Of a stretch of 64,000 bases of DNA, positions 62,301 through 64,000 are shown piece after piece. Under the pieces are notes generated by a model. That model made no database searches, was not told where the DNA came from, and saw nothing but the letters and a program-made list of their open reading frames with translations. The position numbers and the translations under genes are program-made. Every line of letters begins with the position of its first letter. The first letter of the stretch is position 1. The DNA comes from an uncultured Gammaproteobacteria bacterium. Lineage in GTDB: Bacteria > Patescibacteriota > Microgenomatia > UBA8517. The stretch spans positions 70,711 through 134,710 of the forward strand of contig CAZRJH010000004.1 in the NCBI GenBank assembly GCA_964600575.1, written 5' to 3'.

Positions 62301-63632
62301 ATGGACGCATCGGCAAACAATAACGATAATACAGATGGTGTTGACATCGCAGAGTTTTTCCCAAGCCTTCAGGTTTTAACTGCCGGGGATGTAGTTAAGC
62401 TTGACTCGGAAAATGCTGAGCATGTTATTAAATCAGCATCCGCTTATGAAAACAAGGTTGTTGGTATAGTCTCAACAAACCCCGGTATCACATTGGGGCA
62501 AAATAACGGTTCAGCATATGCAATAGCCTTGGCAGGACGTGTTCCGGTAAAAATATCCAATAGTTCCGAAGCGATTATTCCTGGAGATTATGTTACAACT
62601 TCTACAGAAGCGGGTAAGGCTATGAAAGCTTCGGGGAACGGTCGTGTAATCGGTCAAGCGCTGGAAAGCTGGAATCCAAATTCTGGTAAATCCGAAATAG
62701 TAGTATTTATAAACAACAGCTGGTTCGAAAATGCCCCGAGCATTGCGTCGGACGGAACATTGAGTGTGGATTTGAGTGTCGAAAATATAAAAACCAACTC
62801 TATCTCTGCCAAGGACGGTTCTAGTGTTTCTTTGAATTTGGGATCTGCAGCTACAACTTCTGCTGAATTCAAGGTTAGTGATGCATCCGGATCTGCGGTT
62901 TTTGCAATAGACTCAACGGGTAATGCTACAGCCTCGGGGGACTTGTATGCGACAAATCTGCATGCACAAAATATTGAACAAATCGAGGCATTATTGGCGG
63001 ACGTTATGATTGGTCAGGACGCACTAAGTAGTGTTATAGCCGAAAAGATTGCAACGACTTCCGCCAGTTTGGTCGACCTATCAACAGAAAACCTATTTGT
63101 TACAAATCAGGCGGCTGTGTATTCGTTATCCGCAACTACAGCCGTTGCTGTGGGGAGCGATTTTATAATCCAAGGCTTAGACTCGTCCATAAATAGTCTT
63201 GTTGCTCCTCTAAAAATCCAATCACTTGCTTTAGCACCTGTCGAAATAATGGGCGGCCTTGTAAACATAGATACAAGCGGCAATATCGAGATTGCAGGAG
63301 ATTTGGATGTACAAGGTTCGGTTAGTACTGCAGAAATAATAATTACGGGCGATACAGCAGGAAAATCTAAAGTGCCTGCTGGGGCGACCGAAGTTATAAT
63401 CCAAAACCAGAATATAAAACAGGGGACATTGGTATTTATCACTCCAACATCACCAACAAGTAACGGGCTATATATAAAAGAACAAACCGACGGAGAAGTA
63501 AGGGTCGGTTTTGTACTTGCGGAAGACTTCGATGTCACATTTAATTGGTGGATAATCGGCACTGGAGTATTGGGAGAATCAACGCCTTCGGCCTCTCCCA
63601 ATGCAACCGGGTCGGGACAGCTAAATCAATAA
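50397..63632 (+). CDS. Giant (4411 aa) membrane-anchored fibre-like protein with N-terminal MerR/excisionase-type HTH and peptidase-G2-like chaperone domain
   Basis: LKIAQAAEKLGVSTKTLRRWEASGILTPRRTPGGQRVY; TM near residues 79-97; Thr/Gly/Ser repeats; DIAEFFP...GDVV...VVGIVSTNPG...ALAGRVPVK...GKAMKA...IGQALE; C-terminal FNWWI. Confidence 0.9.
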   Translation: MRYLKIAQAAEKLGVSTKTLRRWEASGILTPRRTPGGQRVYLATQVESFVRPQKQTGKTRERVYARVHEVHKSISYKSFAYGGVMTAFLVLTFLSLFKVDFRFRAVSQESNVLGAASTRNPVIAFIEDFTRPVYSLFQSTSKGIQIALAHFDISQTFEGANISVTNNQAGGSTGIADRSITGNKIAIQTILNENIARGQISVDRLVATMSFPSTYLVDLSAIKHTTTSNQGLVLPNTSNSNPSKPTSGEGYLAYDTSGNQLILYNGSNWQTVSGGGGGSGDITTVTAGEGLTGGGDSGDITLNIVGGNGFLVSGDQIDLDTTTTGTTSTTSANSGLEVTTAGLSLIRGCSNSQILKWNASSSIWYCASDNSGSGGSLDIEEGGSVVVSTPTAINFTASEFAVTESPSGVGLIAIDYVNSKISRYDATETLTNKTIAAGSNTISGLTNANLTGSAGITNANLANSSVTINSSGILTGGGSVSLGGNLTLTATEADTLAAVTGRGATTSTALTLSNASNAITAGTLTVGSDAVTDLTGSGLTLSTGALTVSGLTTSNFASPNISQFTNNSGYITSSSSDTLTNKTISGSSNTITSIGNSSLTNSSVTINSSGILTGGGSVSLGGNLTLTATEADTLAAVVTRGSTTTALVNLNGGIISQGAVTGKALVRIDETGDQNLFVASASGVTKFTIDRSGNVAASGNVTGSNLSGTNTGDQTITLTGDVTGTGTGSFATTIAANSVALTTDTTGNYVADLSAGNNAITIAGSAGEGWTPSVSLALQSAANGLSSTTSNGSGLEITTGGLTLLQGCDDGQIIKWNETTDTWACSNDSTGGSSITAKEGGSTIISALSAINFTSNDFVITDEGSNQAGIAVDYTNSKISRYDASETLTNKTISGASNTISNIGNSSLTNSSVTINSSGILTGGGSVALGGTLNLTATEADTLAAVTGRGATTSTLVNLNGGIISQGAVTGKALVRIDETGDQNLFVASASGVTKFTIDRSGNVVASGTIAASNFSGSSSGTNTGDQTITLTGDVTGTGTGSFATTIAANSVALTTDTTGNYVATGASGNGVSLTGGGSEGATLTANLGSLTGDWDQTGAFDIALNNSSSELKILESGSTPTLYGIFDIGDLSSTDSTYTFSGGSGNVLTTANYTGTLDSVYVNVAESPAAGDVAGSFSGGLTLNSNTVDDSELVDSLTYTGAFSVGNLTISDTNIPLTGSSLTFDFNNASDRTLTIANAGAGTANLSVDGTIAASNFSGSSSGTNTGDQTITLTGDVTGSGTGSFATTIAANSVALTTDTTGNYVQSLANGNGITGADGGGEGSALTLAVDQTFGFTLTGNNTFSPSSTNDLTINTDADSTLAQVFSSSTNNTSSNTVSLTNSASSGTIAVKGLDFTFTGTDNAGGANTITGINFANATAHTNNTYNGLTFGTGYTNFLTSGTIDISADGTITGSTIAAGSNTITGLTNSNLSGSAGITNANLANSSVTINSSGILTGGGSVSLGGNITLTATEADTLASVTGRGATTSTALTLSNASNSITAGTLTATGGTINGTVIGGSTPAAATFTTLNSNGDTTLGDAITDNITFTGRVAQDSDLLPITTTGTNDLGSGSLPWDNIYANAITQNGNLVCDASGANCPAGAGYWAQANGAINPTNNSVDLLIGGNATTSAKFAFQNVLTGTPTASISGTTANVSTFLTGEGNLATTNMQPLTIGGSTTGSVQINPKGSVGLFVNGGGSVGVGSTSVTSGYLLDVAGNIRSSNQVFGDGGSFVSFNAAGAYLGDTNYAAGGGIGYGASKTQIWAGSGFPLTFGTAGTEYMRLSSNGGLSLGASYLTTDAGAGNMIVTGTAGFGTSGPDAKVDSLSTSGEQLRLTYTDGSVYAGFTVGSGGDLTIAPSGGDTNVTGNLAATGTVTGSNLSGTNTGDQTITLTGDVTGTGTGSFATTIAANSVALTTDTTGNYVQTLTNGAGISGADGGGEGSALTLAVDQGFSPTWTGSQTFSPGLTNAIDINLDSDSLLTIDQSFTGTTTANSSTLTLTNTSSSGTQNGLYVDNAASSGVTESLLVLDNSDTDTAVTNGIQFVDAGGTFTNLFNVAGTLISSSEFTILDGGIALSELTDSGTLTAGTVDINGGAIDGTTIGGTSAAAGTFTNLTATGDVTMNDSSADTILIGQSGATDDTVTIAGNISLTDDQWSISATGVATGITGITADSVSFANVTGATNTNTLVIGSGGSLATSGTGTITATDLSCADCIGGTEIADLTLGTDTAGNYVASVATSTGLTGGAGGSEGAGLTLSIDQSSSLTWTGNTAFSPSSTNDLTVNTDADSTLAQVFSSGTNNTSSETISLTNSASSGTIAVKGLDFTFTGTDNAGGANTITGINFGNATAHTNNTYNGLTFGTGYTNFLTSGTINIAAGGTITGATLAAGSNTISGLTNSNLSGSAGITNANLANSSVTINSSGILTGGGSVSLGGTLNLTATEADTLASVTGRGATTSTGITLSSASPLTLSNSAPVITLGAGDANGTLTIKDSAGSPNTLLTLTDTGTVGNLAATGTVTGSNLSGTNTGDQTITLTGDVTGTGTGSFTTTIAANSVALTTDTTGNYVQSLTNGAGISGADGGGEGSTLTLAVDQAFSPTWTGGQTFTPGSTNGIDINLDNDSLLTIDQSFSGTTTANSLALTLTNTSSSGTQNGLYLDNAASSGVTESLLVLDNSDTDTAVTNAIQFVDAGGTFTNLFNVAGTLISSSEFTILDGGIILSELTDSGTLTAGTVDINGGAIDGTTIGGTSAASGTFTTLTSTGTVDISSDSGADTITIGQSGTTDDTVTIAGNISLTDDQWSIGATGVGAFVSGTTIGSQTFTTNNIADSGALTIKSASGANALTLDSGTTGNVNLGTSNNAKTIAIGTGNAGNTINVGTDNTVSDTINIGSALDNVSITGDQWSITDAGVLTVASCTGCGGGGGTLQQAYDASSGNTILTTTGRNIAFTLGEVASPTSLTLTNQDTAGVTALALTNSITSGTLTNGILIDQTGAGTLTSALKIVESAGTITDGIVISGTLSNILNSDSIDITGAGAITGATGISTTTLTSTGTSNIGSNSGAVTLDSTGTITLNDAIVSVANQATDFDIIDNTTNAFTVSEGSNNYISLSTNNGAPVVTIDTLENGGTMNFGSSNFSRTVNIGTGTAADTVNIATGGTTADAVTVGNTGVATTFTFNSGATTQSPVVFNLDALTQGTGVDLSLDGLTTGLGLKVDDNTGAGLSTGSLVYVNSVSTALTSPTNGGSLAYFNWNPASTTNATGDLVRINIGSNGNVANLFNVTDNGTSLFRVSESQIESAVPHSFSAVGDVSIAYDLILSNQTSSNIKAKGPLTIDGGELFESNDLTLKTYNAGDTIITNGTSGNIAAFGFDAIAGASGNFFSVNPTLTAMDGSDTVRGVYVNLTNANHTGASNTLNLVDIGAITGDAESTLNAINIGALTGTAATETAINVGSGWDTILSGTTAGTNIFSFTNATLTSGGALTVTSCSGCGGGGGALDTLTAATGDDAALLSADNTIEWNWALTSATSKGITLGESAASTGGSGDQHILRLDTASGSTAGPLEIVSNSADSGDVEINLNSSGDFEVQDAGTAFATFADDGTITLGKSAAASTVNIGTGTGIDTINIGTGATAADALTFGNTGVATTFTFNSGATTQSPVVFNLDALTQGTGVDLSLDGLTTGLGLKVDDNTGAGLSTGSLVYVNSVSTALTSPTNGGSLAYFNWNPASTTNATGDLFRINIGSSGNTSGYLFNITDNGSSLFAVSENQIVSALPHNFTAAGDVSVAYDLVFSNQTSSLIDSYGPLTIRAGESFENNNLTLTTFGTGAIIADTKFSFDSQLTLPDNTTPSVTSGNHYIEANSTNRLITNFTNGTSGQVIFIEIGTANFDLDCTTSNINCGTTDMTGFAAGDQVMLIYDGTNWNLLGWMDASANNNDNTDGVDIAEFFPSLQVLTAGDVVKLDSENAEHVIKSASAYENKVVGIVSTNPGITLGQNNGSAYAIALAGRVPVKISNSSEAIIPGDYVTTSTEAGKAMKASGNGRVIGQALESWNPNSGKSEIVVFINNSWFENAPSIASDGTLSVDLSVENIKTNSISAKDGSSVSLNLGSAATTSAEFKVSDASGSAVFAIDSTGNATASGDLYATNLHAQNIEQIEALLADVMIGQDALSSVIAEKIATTSASLVDLSTENLFVTNQAAVYSLSATTAVAVGSDFIIQGLDSSINSLVAPLKIQSLALAPVEIMGGLVNIDTSGNIEIAGDLDVQGSVSTAEIIITGDTAGKSKVPAGATEVIIQNQNIKQGTLVFITPTSPTSNGLYIKEQTDGEVRVGFVLAEDFDVTFNWWIIGTGVLGESTPSASPNATGSGQLNQ
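51780..58230 (+). repeat. Interspersed intragenic repeats: 5x GTNTGDQTITLTGDVTGxGTGSFxTTIAANSVALTTDTTGNYV and 5x NSSVTINSSGILTGGGSVxLGG...TATEADTLA
   Basis: Counted in the translation. First type near 52518, 53457, 54185, 56163, 58098; second near 51783, 52197, 53124, 54852, 57762. Confidence 0.9.
60030..61708 (+). repeat. Near-identical ~260-bp direct repeat (60030-60292 and 61446-61708)
   Basis: Offset 1416 bp (in frame); only about two mismatches seen by eye. Confidence 0.9.
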
Positions 63633-63633
63633 T

Positions 63634-64000
63634 ATGCTAAAGATATTCAATATATTTAAGTTCAAAAATACGGCTAGGAGTAACAAACTTATAACTAGTT
63701 TAATTTCTATTGTTTTAATAATCATCATTGTTAGCTTTACCTTTCTTAAACCCAGACTTGCTTTGGCGGATAGTACATTGGGGTTTGATGAAGGTTATGG
63801 CACTACAGTTTCGGACGGAAACGGTAATATTAGTGGAACGATAACTAATGCACTTTGGAGAACAGATGAACTTTGTTTCGACGGCAAATGCTTGTACTTT
63901 GATGGCTCGGGTGATTATGTAAGTTTTGGAGATGACTCGGATTTGGATAAAGCAGCCTCTGATAACTTTACCTTGGAAGGTTGGTTTAGAACACCGGATA
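63634..64000 (+). CDS. Exported LamG/concanavalin-A-like domain protein (5' part, runs off window)
   Basis: ATG 1 bp after the giant-gene stop. MLKIFNIF...TM/signal...FDEGYGTTVSD...GKCLYFDGSGDYVSF...FTLEGWFRT. Confidence 0.8.
   Translation, partial: MLKIFNIFKFKNTARSNKLITSLISIVLIIIIVSFTFLKPRLALADSTLGFDEGYGTTVSDGNGNISGTITNALWRTDELCFDGKCLYFDGSGDYVSFGDDSDLDKAASDNFTLEGWFRTPD

Noticed and set aside
23600-63601. Many 60-265 aa antisense ORFs over the two giant genes
   Set aside because: Val/Pro-rich shadow frames arising from Thr/Gly/Asn codon bias on the coding strand; no independent coding signal.

Overview
AT-rich, gene-dense bacterial DNA in standard code 11 (TGA used as stop). The style points to Patescibacteria/CPR, probably Microgenomates-like (inference): few SD sites, -10 boxes directly upstream of start codons, split ComEC and giant surface proteins. 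(1) 1-18.2 kb (+): a tandem array of at least 12 paralogous membrane-anchored Cys/His-rich proteins with a CHxxxH / CxxGxxH / CxHxxxH / CxxGxx[M/D/N/H] signature. Two are fused to, and one is preceded by, an atypical all-His cupredoxin. GT-C glycosyltransferases and an N-terminal-His exported protein are interleaved. (2) 18.2-23.6 kb (-): glycan genes (DegT-type aminotransferase, GT2, cupin, methyltransferase, GT-C) and a secreted Cys-rich protein. (3) Two divergent giant fibre-like genes (5657 aa, -; 4411 aa, +). Each has an N-terminal DNA-binding-type domain (integrase core-binding/SAM-like, or MerR/excisionase-like HTH), one TM helix, phage-tail-fibre-like repeats and a shared C-terminal domain. 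Each has an operator-like repeat at its promoter. (4) Between them lie leuS (degenerate editing site), a hypothetical gene, comEA, split comEC, small ORFs and argS. No rRNA, tRNA, CRISPR or intact mobile element was seen. All family assignments are by-eye motif recognition, not database results.
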